Source: Crocosphaera subtropica ATCC 51142
GTDB lineage: Bacteria; Cyanobacteriota; Cyanobacteriia; Cyanobacteriales; Microcystaceae
DNA: 32,000 bases
Assembly: GCF_000017845.1 (NCBI RefSeq)
Contig: NC_010539.1
Coordinates: 7,621-39,620 of the forward strand
Reading direction: 5' to 3'
Positions within the stretch are counted from its first letter, which is position 1. Each line of letters opens with the position of its first letter. The position numbers and the translations under genes were made by a program. The notes beneath the pieces are model-generated. The model saw only the letters and a program-made list of their open reading frames with translations, was not told the DNA's origin and made no database searches. Positions 8,250 through 17,383 of this stretch are shown here, in pieces.

Positions 8250-11200
8250 AGATTTTGACTTAAATCCTGTTTAATTGCTTCAGCAACTAAGGAAAATTCT
8301 TCATTCGATAAGAATGGCACTTGAGTATATATTAAATCTGATTCCCCTGGTAGTCTTGCGGCTAAATGTCCTTTGCCTAGAAGACATTCTCCTCCTTTTT
8401 GTCCCAAGGAAATTTCGGAAGTTCCTACACTCTCAACTCTTAAGATTAAGCGATTGCCTAAGTTATCTCGAAGCTGCATGGGAAAGACATTATTATCGGG
8501 ACGTTGTGCTGCAAAGATTAGATGAATTCCGGCTGCTCTTGCTTTAACTCCTAAGCGTTGTACAGCAGAAGATACAGCATTTTTATATTCTTCTACTAAC
8601 ATCCAATCAGCAAATTCATCATGAACTAAAAGAAGAACAGGCAATTGTTTTTCAGCAGAAACTTTTTGATTATAAACCAATAAATTATTGACTTTTTGTT
8701 CTCTAAATAGTTGATAACGAGAATCCATTTCGCTAACAATTTTTTCAAATACTTCAATGCCTTGATATTGTTCAGTAATGATTCCTTCTGTTAAATGGGG
8801 TAAGTCTTCTAAGGGGAAATAATCGGTTCCTTGTTTAGCATCAATTAAGTAAATTTTTACCAATTCTGGAGAATTAGTAGCGCAGACATCTAAGAGAAGA
8901 TTTCTTAATAAGACTGATTTACCGCTTCCCGTTGCTCCGGCAATTAAAGTATGAGGGGCGTGCTGTTGAAGATGAGCAAATTCTTCTCCTAAATTAAGAT
9001 ATAGTAATTCTCCATCAATTTCTTTGACTCCAATGATGAAACTAAGATTAACTCCTGCTTTTAGATTAATTTCTCGTTGCTTCCATACTTGAGAAAGGGA
9101 AATAATTTCTCGTTGGGGACGAGCGATAGAAACGATAATTTCCCCAGGCGCACCTAAGATATTGATGACATTTAACCCATGAGTTGTTAATAGACTTGAA
9201 CGACGAGTTTCAATATCTTTAATATTAAGACGATCTGAGCCTTTAAAACGAATTAAAGCAGCATTAGGGGTTAATCTTTGTCCTAATACTTTAGCTTGTA
9301 AATCATAGCTAATTAGAGCTTTTCGTAGTGTTGAAACGGTTGTTTCTAACCATTTTTTTTCTTGTTGCTCATTGATTTTAGATTCAGTTTGTTGATTAAT
9401 CCATGTCGCTAAAGCAGGACTAGCCCAAGTTGTTTGTGTTATATTATTAACTTCTTTCTTTTCCTCATTTTTGTTCTGATTTGTATAATTTAATTGATTT
9501 AAGTGGTTACTTTGACTATTATAATCAGAAACTCCATTACTATTTTGTTGGGAATTAAAGTCGTTAATAGGATGGTTATCATTAGCAGCCTTATTAGGAG
9601 TTTTTAACGAATTTATGCTGTGACTAGGATGAATATTTTGAGGAGAAGTAACAAGGGATTGCTTTTGGTTTGAATTAATTGTTGTTAGATTCTCGTTTTG
9701 CAATGTCCTGTTGACTATTGTTTCAGTAGATTCTGTACTTAAACTTTCTATATATGCTATTTTTTCTGATGAAGCTGAATCATCAAGAATTGGTAATTCT
9801 AAAATAGGATTTACCCAAACCACTCTATCAGCTGGAAATCTTGGTTCTGAAACTGTCCAAGGTTGTTCATTTCCTAATTTTTCTCGAATAGATGCTAAGG
9901 GTTGTTGGTGATGAATAGCTAATACTAATTGACGAACAGTTTCTCGATTAAATATTTCTTGATAACATCTATCTACTTTAGCAATTGGTATTTGATCGTT
10001 ACTAACAGAGGTATCGCTAGGTCCAGAGATAAACACATGAGAATACCCTGATAAATCAAGGGGAATCGTGCCGTCTCTAACACCTTTTCGCCATTCTTCA
10101 ATGGAAATTGAATCAGTTGAATTAAATTCAATTCCATCTAATAATAAATCTCCTAAACGAGATAACCATAAATCTCGGTCAAGTCGCCCTGGACTTACAA
10201 ATAAAGCATTAGCCATTCGTTCAACGGTATCTCTTAATTGATGTTGAGAACTTTTACGGGCATCATTTAATCCATTTGCTTCAATATATTTAGCTTCAGA
10301 AATAATTATTTTAAGAACAGGTTGCTCATTTTTTATTTGAGGACTGATAGCTAAAATATCAGCAATTCTTCCTTCTTTTTGTCCTAACCAACTAGCATAG
10401 TCATCTAAAAAATACCAACCAACAGGATGTTCTTCTCCTAATTCAGATAATAATAAAGCTTTACTTAATACCACTCCCATTAATTCACTGGCATATTTAC
10501 CACTTTTTGCGGCTCGTAATATAATATCCCCTGAAATGTCTTTAGCTTGCTCAATAAACTGTTCTGCTAACGTTTTGATAGTGGTTTCATCTAAGTCTAA
10601 ATTTAAGCTTTCTAAACGGCGTTTGACAAGGACTTGTAACAGGTTCAAAGGAGCATTAGAAGATACTAAAAAATTACGGTCATCGCTGCGACTTTGTTGA
10701 TAGCGAATGACATTAACACCTTGATTGATTAATTGTCGTCTTTCGAGTAAATCATCATAATTAACGACCCATTCTCCTAGACGATGAACTTCTTTAAATA
10801 CTGTGCTAGTGTCTTCATCTTGGAAGGAAATCTGTCTTGCAGGAAGAAAATGCTGATTTTTGGCACAATCTAAATCTACCCGTTTTAAACTACTATAAAT
10901 GGCATCTAGATAAGTTTGTCCTACAGATGGTTGACTCGGACAGACTAAATAAACCGTCGATTTTAATTCGTCTTTAGCAGCAGGACGTTTTCTTGAGTAG
11001 CGTGTGGGAACGTGCTTGAGAATATCGGGGTTATCGTTAGATAAAGGGGTCGGTTGCCAAACTATTTCTGCTTGTCTGGAAATAATATCTTGAAGAAAGA
11101 CAATATCAGCGATTTTTCCGTTAGATGAAGATGATGTGTTCGACATGACGCTGATTCGCAGTCTGGCCATAAAATCGTGAGTCCCTTCACTAGCGACAAA

Positions 11201-13771
11201 AGCATCTGCATCGGTTTGAGAACTTTCTATGAGTTGCTGATACAAATCACTTAATTTGGGGGAATCTCGATGACATAAAATGACTTGACAACGAGCTTCA
11301 TTATAGTTGTCTTGTAATTCACTTAGTTTTGTAATAACTGTTTGGGGAAGTCTAGTGGAGTCACATTGATAAAGAATGATACTCAAATTTGTTTGTTCAT
11401 GGGGGAGTAATTCGAGGTATCGCTTCATTAAGTCTAGCAGTTTATTGGCTGCCTTTTTGGGGTCTTCATTGGTAGACTGTTGAGTTATATCTTTTATTGG
11501 TTGTTCAAGGAGACTGTAATCATTGACTGTATCAGACAGATAAAGTAATAAAGGTTCATTCCCTTTATAACCTAAACAAACTTCGGGATAATAAGGGTGA
11601 GTGAGTTCATTTCTTAAATCAGAGAAGAATAAACGGGAATCTCCAAAATTAACGTCTTCTGTTGAAAGAATATGTTTCAGTAATCCTGAAATTTGGCGGG
11701 CTTTAATGCTCAAAGAGGCTAATCTTAAGGGATGCCAAGGCGTAATAATAGCAGCAGGTTTTCCTCGTTTGACTTCCACACACCCTAAGCGTAAAATAGG
11801 TTCAATTAATTCCACTCGATTAGTATCACCCAGGGCATGATTAAGGAGAGTTTTAAGAAGTTCTTGATAGTCATCGCATTGGTGGATTAAAACAGGATGG
11901 GAAATCCCTTCTTGACTTAACCAACTATTCAGGGCTTTTGTATAAGTTTCTTTAAATTTTCCCCAAGCTTGTTTAATTATTTCTGCGGATTCTGAAGATA
12001 AGCGATTATCTTGAACTGCCTGTTTAAGAGCCGTAGGAAACAGTTTAGCTAAGTCTTGTTTTCGGTCATATTTACTGACTAAAGAGCCTCTATCTTGTCG
12101 ATAAGCAGCCATTAAAGTACCGACATCATCCAGAGAAATTCCTTGAAGACGACCTTTTTTGCTGACTAATTCCCGTGATACTTCAGAGATAAGAAAAGGA
12201 GAGGGGTTGGAATTAACTAACCGGTTTAAGTCATCATGAAGTTCCATTCCAATACTATTGGGATTTACCTTCCAAATTAATTGAATTTTGCTGATTAATT
12301 CTTGAGAAAAACAAGAACGAAGTTCTACATAAAATTTGATTTCACAAGCGGCTTTAGCTACAGAAACATTTTTTTTATATTTTTTCTTATTTTTCGTTTG
12401 TTCATCTTTTAATAATTCATCATATTTAAACAGCCAGTGAGTCTCCCAAGTAATTTCAGGATAGGTTAACTGTTCAATCCCTCTATACCTTGTACAAAAA
12501 TATAATCCCATGTCTGCATTGAGTTCTAACCATTTACTTTTACGGGAACTTTTTTGAGTTTTAATAATTAATTGAGTCGGATTTTCTTGAGAATCAGCTT
12601 GGTCAAAGAGTCGCTCAAAGGCTTGAACTAAACCCACTAAAAAGTCAGTGCATTCGATGGGTTGACCGTAGACAAATTTATCCCATTTGGTTTTGAGAGT
12701 ACGGTCATTTTCTAATTCAGACCGATGGTTATCATAAAATTCTTTGTCTTCTTCGTTAGCTTCTTTGGCTTTTCTTTTCTTTAATGTTTCTAGATAGTCT
12801 AATTCAGATTCGGTTAAACTATCAGGGTATTCATCTTCATAAAATTGTTGGGTTAAACTATATAAGTCGGTTTTTTTTGTTTTTAATCCACTAAAAATAG
12901 CGTGAATATTATCTATTTCCCATTCAAATTTAGTTAAAGCTTTCCCTTGTTCATTCCATTCCGGCGGACTTTTAATGAAGGCTTGAATAATAGAATGGGC
13001 TTGCTCAGGAATGTCTTCTTTAACCTTTTCAAAGGTCGATTGTAACTCACTTTCTTCAATGGGTTTACGGGTAGGGGTTTGTTTGAGTAACAGACAAGCC
13101 CGTTTAGAAACCGCCTGTTGATACTTTTGTTGCCACTTTTGGGCGTGTCCCCAAGTTTTTTGGGGTATGGCTTCAAAATACCCCGAATCACGGGGTAAAC
13201 GTAAGGCAGGTAAAGCCCATCCCAAGGCATTAATGATAGGAACACTTTCTGAGGCGATGCGCTCACGAGTATCCATGACATAGTTCGCAAATTGCTCTAA
13301 ACTGCATTCGCTGGCTGCAAGTAGTCCTTTTAACGCTTTGTTCCAGTATTTTAATTGTTCATCAGGTAAATCTAAGCCCTCACTGGCCACGTCTACCCAA
13401 ATTTCAATTTGTTCTTTTAAGAGTCCTGCACCCAAGGCAGAAATATCTTTTAAAGATTGTCCTTGGTCATCGTTAGTATTAGCTAATAGCAGACAAGGGC
13501 GGTCACAGGGAGCATGGCGTAGGTGAACGGTCTTTTCATCGGTTAAAATAGCTTCAGGAAGGTCATATCCTGCCACTAGAGTGCGAGGAATTTGGATTTT
13601 AATGTGGGGAGATAAGTCAGGGGTAGCGAGAATAGACTGACAAATGTTCGTGACTTGTTCTCCTGTTAAACGGTCTAAGATAAACCGAGCAACTCCGTCT
13701 GAATCCTCTGTATTTAGGGATTCTCTGAGAAATTTTGTCGCTACTTGGCCAATTAAATCAATAGAATCCAT
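8246..13771 (-). CDS. 1841-aa DptH/DndH-like protein: large soluble N-terminal region, PD-(D/E)xK-like motif, N/Q/S-rich linker, C-terminal FtsK/SpoIIIE-type ATPase
   Basis: FtsK-type Walker A LIAGATGSGKSVLLRNLLLD (nt ~8915-8940). Walker B LLLVHDEFADWM (~8605-8623). AAGIHLIFAAQRPDNNVFPMQLRDNLGNRLILRV is also present. D1138...E1159-A-K1161 (IADILAIS...IIISEAKYI) is the nuclease-like motif. The DptH assignment rests on size, position after two smaller genes and the PT-gene context, not on a measured alignment. Confidence 0.55.
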   Translation of the reverse strand: MDSIDLIGQVATKFLRESLNTEDSDGVARFILDRLTGEQVTNICQSILATPDLSPHIKIQIPRTLVAGYDLPEAILTDEKTVHLRHAPCDRPCLLLANTNDDQGQSLKDISALGAGLLKEQIEIWVDVASEGLDLPDEQLKYWNKALKGLLAASECSLEQFANYVMDTRERIASESVPIINALGWALPALRLPRDSGYFEAIPQKTWGHAQKWQQKYQQAVSKRACLLLKQTPTRKPIEESELQSTFEKVKEDIPEQAHSIIQAFIKSPPEWNEQGKALTKFEWEIDNIHAIFSGLKTKKTDLYSLTQQFYEDEYPDSLTESELDYLETLKKRKAKEANEEDKEFYDNHRSELENDRTLKTKWDKFVYGQPIECTDFLVGLVQAFERLFDQADSQENPTQLIIKTQKSSRKSKWLELNADMGLYFCTRYRGIEQLTYPEITWETHWLFKYDELLKDEQTKNKKKYKKNVSVAKAACEIKFYVELRSCFSQELISKIQLIWKVNPNSIGMELHDDLNRLVNSNPSPFLISEVSRELVSKKGRLQGISLDDVGTLMAAYRQDRGSLVSKYDRKQDLAKLFPTALKQAVQDNRLSSESAEIIKQAWGKFKETYTKALNSWLSQEGISHPVLIHQCDDYQELLKTLLNHALGDTNRVELIEPILRLGCVEVKRGKPAAIITPWHPLRLASLSIKARQISGLLKHILSTEDVNFGDSRLFFSDLRNELTHPYYPEVCLGYKGNEPLLLYLSDTVNDYSLLEQPIKDITQQSTNEDPKKAANKLLDLMKRYLELLPHEQTNLSIILYQCDSTRLPQTVITKLSELQDNYNEARCQVILCHRDSPKLSDLYQQLIESSQTDADAFVASEGTHDFMARLRISVMSNTSSSSNGKIADIVFLQDIISRQAEIVWQPTPLSNDNPDILKHVPTRYSRKRPAAKDELKSTVYLVCPSQPSVGQTYLDAIYSSLKRVDLDCAKNQHFLPARQISFQDEDTSTVFKEVHRLGEWVVNYDDLLERRQLINQGVNVIRYQQSRSDDRNFLVSSNAPLNLLQVLVKRRLESLNLDLDETTIKTLAEQFIEQAKDISGDIILRAAKSGKYASELMGVVLSKALLLSELGEEHPVGWYFLDDYASWLGQKEGRIADILAISPQIKNEQPVLKIIISEAKYIEANGLNDARKSSQHQLRDTVERMANALFVSPGRLDRDLWLSRLGDLLLDGIEFNSTDSISIEEWRKGVRDGTIPLDLSGYSHVFISGPSDTSVSNDQIPIAKVDRCYQEIFNRETVRQLVLAIHHQQPLASIREKLGNEQPWTVSEPRFPADRVVWVNPILELPILDDSASSEKIAYIESLSTESTETIVNRTLQNENLTTINSNQKQSLVTSPQNIHPSHSINSLKTPNKAANDNHPINDFNSQQNSNGVSDYNSQSNHLNQLNYTNQNKNEEKKEVNNITQTTWASPALATWINQQTESKINEQQEKKWLETTVSTLRKALISYDLQAKVLGQRLTPNAALIRFKGSDRLNIKDIETRRSSLLTTHGLNVINILGAPGEIIVSIARPQREIISLSQVWKQREINLKAGVNLSFIIGVKEIDGELLYLNLGEEFAHLQQHAPHTLIAGATGSGKSVLLRNLLLDVCATNSPELVKIYLIDAKQGTDYFPLEDLPHLTEGIITEQYQGIEVFEKIVSEMDSRYQLFREQKVNNLLVYNQKVSAEKQLPVLLLVHDEFADWMLVEEYKNAVSSAVQRLGVKARAAGIHLIFAAQRPDNNVFPMQLRDNLGNRLILRVESVGTSEISLGQKGGECLLGKGHLAARLPGESDLIYTQVPFLSNEEFSLVAEAIKQDLSQNL

Positions 13772-15457
13772 TTAAGTTTTCTCCACAGTGTAAGGATTAA
13801 GGACATAAGCACAAGCATCGGAAAGGCGTTTGAGTAACCCCAAGGATGCGAGGCGTTGTTCGAGACGTTCTGCATTATCAGAAAAAGCTTCAAGGTCTGC
13901 TTCTTTGCGCTGAATGATGTCAATGGCTTGTTTTTCACCAATTATGAAGCCATATTTTTGATAGAGTGTGTCTAAAAATTCTTGAAATTCCATCCGTTTT
14001 GGGACACAACAAAGTACCAAGGTTTTTAATAGGGAGTCGGTGGGTGCATATCGGGTGCGACGACTTCCCCTGCTCGAAGCGAGTCCAATTTCTTTTGTCC
14101 ACTTACTATGAAATTGACCAACGTGCTGTTTATGTCTAGTAATTGCTGAGAGACGAATTTCTTCTAATAGTTCATCGGGAGAATTACATTTGATTTCATC
14201 CTTTTTATAGTAAATTTCTTCTTTGATAATTTCTAAGGCATCTTCTATGGAGTTGGCAGAGTTAAGACAGGTTTGCCATTCTGGAAGTTGAGACAGTCTT
14301 TTTATATAGTGTTCAACCGCTCGTTTACTCAGGTTATTATTGTTTAAAAAGGCATCGGAAGCTAGGTCACGAATAATCGTTTTTTTGGGAGCAATTATTT
14401 CTAAAATTAATTGAGGTTTATCTTGACTATTCAAGGTGGTTGTTGAGTTCAATGAATCTTCATTGGTATTAGCTATAGTTTCTGACTTAAATAATAGATT
14501 TTGTTGACTATTTAAGAGACTTTCTGAGGAGAATCTAGGGTCATCTTCATTATTTAAGACGGCCTTAGCTCGTTTGAGTAGGTAAATGACTAAATGGACT
14601 CCTGTAATAGTAACTAAATGGGGTAAAGAATCATAGTCAGGAAGATGGCAATTAAATAGATTTATCCAATCATTAGCTAAGTTTTCAAATTCATCAAGAT
14701 GTTCATAGGGAAGATAGGGAGGACTGCTATCTTTTCCTCTTGGTTTTGTATCAGAATGATCATTAGGTTGAAGGGTAGCAACTAATTTATTCCATTTACT
14801 CGATTGTTTATGATCTATTATTCCTAATTTTTTTAGATGGGTTAAAATGTCTAATTTTAAAGAACTACGACTAATCATGAGATAAAGTAATTCTCCATTT
14901 CTGGCAAAAAAACGACGGTCATTGCTATAACTATTCTTACTAATTCTTAAATCCTCATAAAGACAATTAACCCCATAGGGAAAGACAAATTTAGAAGTCC
15001 AACGTTTATTACTATCACCTTCAATGGCATTAGATTGAAGAAATCTTACCACTTCTAGAAAGTCCCGAAACCTTATAAAGCGTTCTTGTAAATAACTAAA
15101 GTTAGGGGTGTTAATACCTCCACAATTATCATTCATTAAAGTTAACCATTGTTGCCAACGTTCTTCTTCTGTTGGATATTCTGCATAAACTGCTTCTAGA
15201 AAAGGATTATTAAACAGGATATTTCGTAAATAAAGACGACTATAAGAGGGATATTCTAATTGATGATTTTCAGGTTCAATAAAAGCTTGCTCTCTTTCTA
15301 ATTGTGTTTGAACAATGCCTAAAAATTCTAGAAGGGTTAACCAAGGGGTTTGTTCATCATAAAGACGATGACCCCAAATAGCTTCATCAACCCACATTTC
15401 AGTTTCTCTATGGGTTTTATTATGAGATGTAGGTTTAGGAAGACGTTTTATTATCAT
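13772..15457 (-). CDS. hypothetical protein, DptG-like by position
   Basis: 561-aa ORF. Its start overlaps the upstream stop (ATGA, 15454-15457), and its TAA abuts the downstream ATG (TAAATG, 13769-13774). I see no enzymatic motif. It has a conserved-looking N-terminus (EAIWGHRLYDEQTPWLTLLEFL) and an S/N-rich internal insert. Confidence 0.4.
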   Translation of the reverse strand: MIIKRLPKPTSHNKTHRETEMWVDEAIWGHRLYDEQTPWLTLLEFLGIVQTQLEREQAFIEPENHQLEYPSYSRLYLRNILFNNPFLEAVYAEYPTEEERWQQWLTLMNDNCGGINTPNFSYLQERFIRFRDFLEVVRFLQSNAIEGDSNKRWTSKFVFPYGVNCLYEDLRISKNSYSNDRRFFARNGELLYLMISRSSLKLDILTHLKKLGIIDHKQSSKWNKLVATLQPNDHSDTKPRGKDSSPPYLPYEHLDEFENLANDWINLFNCHLPDYDSLPHLVTITGVHLVIYLLKRAKAVLNNEDDPRFSSESLLNSQQNLLFKSETIANTNEDSLNSTTTLNSQDKPQLILEIIAPKKTIIRDLASDAFLNNNNLSKRAVEHYIKRLSQLPEWQTCLNSANSIEDALEIIKEEIYYKKDEIKCNSPDELLEEIRLSAITRHKQHVGQFHSKWTKEIGLASSRGSRRTRYAPTDSLLKTLVLCCVPKRMEFQEFLDTLYQKYGFIIGEKQAIDIIQRKEADLEAFSDNAERLEQRLASLGLLKRLSDACAYVLNPYTVEKT

Positions 15458-17361
15458 AATTGAATCTCCAAGGTTCTTTCATTAGCTATTCCATCGGCAT
15501 TAAGTTCTAGTAAACGAATAATCATCTCTGAAGCTTCAGTTTCGTCGGCTTCTTCTTCTTTTTGTCTTCTAATATTAAGTTGTCCTAACAGTCGAGTTTT
15601 AAAAGCTAACATATCCTCATAACATTCTTGAGAAAAGTTACTGGGTAATGCTCCTTCTGCAACTCTGTTTAGGTATTCATAGCGAGTTAAATTTAATCGG
15701 AGTTTTATAGGGTCAACTTCAGGGTGGGAAGATAGAGAAATAATAAAATCGGGAGTATTATGGTCAGTATTTAATTCAACTGTGACACTTTCACCTCGTT
15801 TTTTAATAACAGAAATATATTCTTCAAAGACTCGACTAATCTTGGCTTGAGAATAACTACCAGATGTTGCTAAAACTAATTGATCTTGATTATTTATCAA
15901 TAATCCGGTAAAGATACGATTGATTCCTTTAACTATTTTAAAAATGAGATATTTAGGAATGGTTTGATTTTGTTTTAATGGTCTACAGACTTGTTCTAAA
16001 TAGTCTCCTGCATACTGAAAAGCTGTTAATTCCCATAGTTTTAACTCTGCTACTCTATGCTGAGGAATAGTAAAGAATAATCGCTGTCTTTGTGTGTGAA
16101 GTATATTTAAGAATTCTTCTTTACTGTCTTGAGAATCATTGCTTTCTAAATAGCTTTTTTGAGCAATACGAAATTGTTGATGTGCGCCATAAAAAGTATC
16201 TGTTAAGACTAAGTTTTCATAATCTTGTTTTAAGTCCGGGTCATCTTCTCCAAAAATAAGAATATTATCAATATAGTTACTGCTTTCTGTACCAATTCCA
16301 AAATATCTTAAAGCAACAAAGACATCAGTTTTATTTCGTTTTCTGCTAGAAAGATTTTCTCCAAATAGATTACTATAAGGACTAGCTAAATAACCTGTTT
16401 TTTGAGTTGTAATTTTAGGAATTTGGTTACAGTTAAGTAATTTATCTTTGACATCAGGATGTCCTAAGATAATATTAGAAATAAGGAGAAGTAATTGACG
16501 AATAGGAAGATGGGTTCCTTTATGACGAGATAATTCGAGAAGGTCAATAATTCGCTGTCTCATTAACTGTTGGTCATTTTTTCCATCGAGTCTGGTTTTG
16601 TTTTCCCAAATGGGACAGCGTTGCTGACTATCTGTAGGAGTTTGATAGGGACATTGACTACATTCTTCCCAACCAGGATGATTTAAAACTGCATCAAGAA
16701 TGCGAGAAAAGATTTCTTCGTTATTTAAGCGACTTAGGTTATAAAGAAGTAGGTTAAACTCAGGATTTTCTCTTTTTTCTTCTACCAATAAGGTTTCAAT
16801 TAATTGACGTGCTTTTTCTATTTGAGGAGTGTTTTCTGCAACGTTCCATGCTTCGATGAGTTGTCCATCATTAGCAGCAATTAAGTAAACTTTATCGGTA
16901 TGATAGGGGTTGATGATCCCTTCTGCTATTTGAGGTAATAGTTGGGTTTTTTCTTCGTCTTGAATGGCACTGAGGTCTTTTATAATAATTAGAGTTTTTT
17001 GTAAGAGTGGTAGTTTATATATTTCTTGATTGGTTTCCCACTCTTCTTTTGACCCTCCTAATTTTTCCCAAATTTCTCGACAGCAGAATGTTTTTCCATC
17101 TCCTGCTGTTCCGGTGAGAATCACCGATTTAGGGAAGTCAGATTGAAAGTTATCGATTAATTCTTGTAGGTAAGGAGTTTCAAAACAGATGGGTTGAATT
17201 TTGTTTTTCTTTAATGCTCGTTGAATTGCCTCATCATACATATTATCATTACGAGGAATTGGCCCATATTGACGGAGAAAGGTAATCCATTTTGATTTTT
17301 TGAAAGTAGAATTATAATTCATAATTAGAGTAATTAAACTTAAATATATATAACCAATCAC
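15454..17361 (-). CDS. P-loop NTPase with a cysteine cluster, DptF-like by position and motif
   Basis: Walker A VILTGTAGDGKTFCCRE, a Walker B-like LIIIKDLS, and the Cys cluster ECSQCPYQTPTDSQQRCPIW. The likely true start is ATG 17322 (MNYNSTFKKSKW), because the first 13 codons of the track ORF read like AT-rich leader. Confidence 0.45.
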   Translation of the reverse strand: MIGYIYLSLITLIMNYNSTFKKSKWITFLRQYGPIPRNDNMYDEAIQRALKKNKIQPICFETPYLQELIDNFQSDFPKSVILTGTAGDGKTFCCREIWEKLGGSKEEWETNQEIYKLPLLQKTLIIIKDLSAIQDEEKTQLLPQIAEGIINPYHTDKVYLIAANDGQLIEAWNVAENTPQIEKARQLIETLLVEEKRENPEFNLLLYNLSRLNNEEIFSRILDAVLNHPGWEECSQCPYQTPTDSQQRCPIWENKTRLDGKNDQQLMRQRIIDLLELSRHKGTHLPIRQLLLLISNIILGHPDVKDKLLNCNQIPKITTQKTGYLASPYSNLFGENLSSRKRNKTDVFVALRYFGIGTESSNYIDNILIFGEDDPDLKQDYENLVLTDTFYGAHQQFRIAQKSYLESNDSQDSKEEFLNILHTQRQRLFFTIPQHRVAELKLWELTAFQYAGDYLEQVCRPLKQNQTIPKYLIFKIVKGINRIFTGLLINNQDQLVLATSGSYSQAKISRVFEEYISVIKKRGESVTVELNTDHNTPDFIISLSSHPEVDPIKLRLNLTRYEYLNRVAEGALPSNFSQECYEDMLAFKTRLLGQLNIRRQKEEEADETEASEMIIRLLELNADGIANERTLEIQL

Positions 17362-17383
17362 AATTTATGATTTAACACTTTTA

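Noticed and set aside
8246-13771. Housekeeping FtsK cell-division translocase
   Set aside because: It has no N-terminal transmembrane segments, about 1400 aa of unrelated soluble sequence precede the motor, and no gamma domain is apparent. It also sits in an operon with defence-type genes.
8275-13941. Short ORFs 8275-8547, 9711-9911, 11601-11840, 12934-13290, 13338-13526 and 13753-13941
   Set aside because: All sit within, or overlap the ends of, the 1841-aa and 561-aa genes in other frames or strands. None has a recognisable motif.
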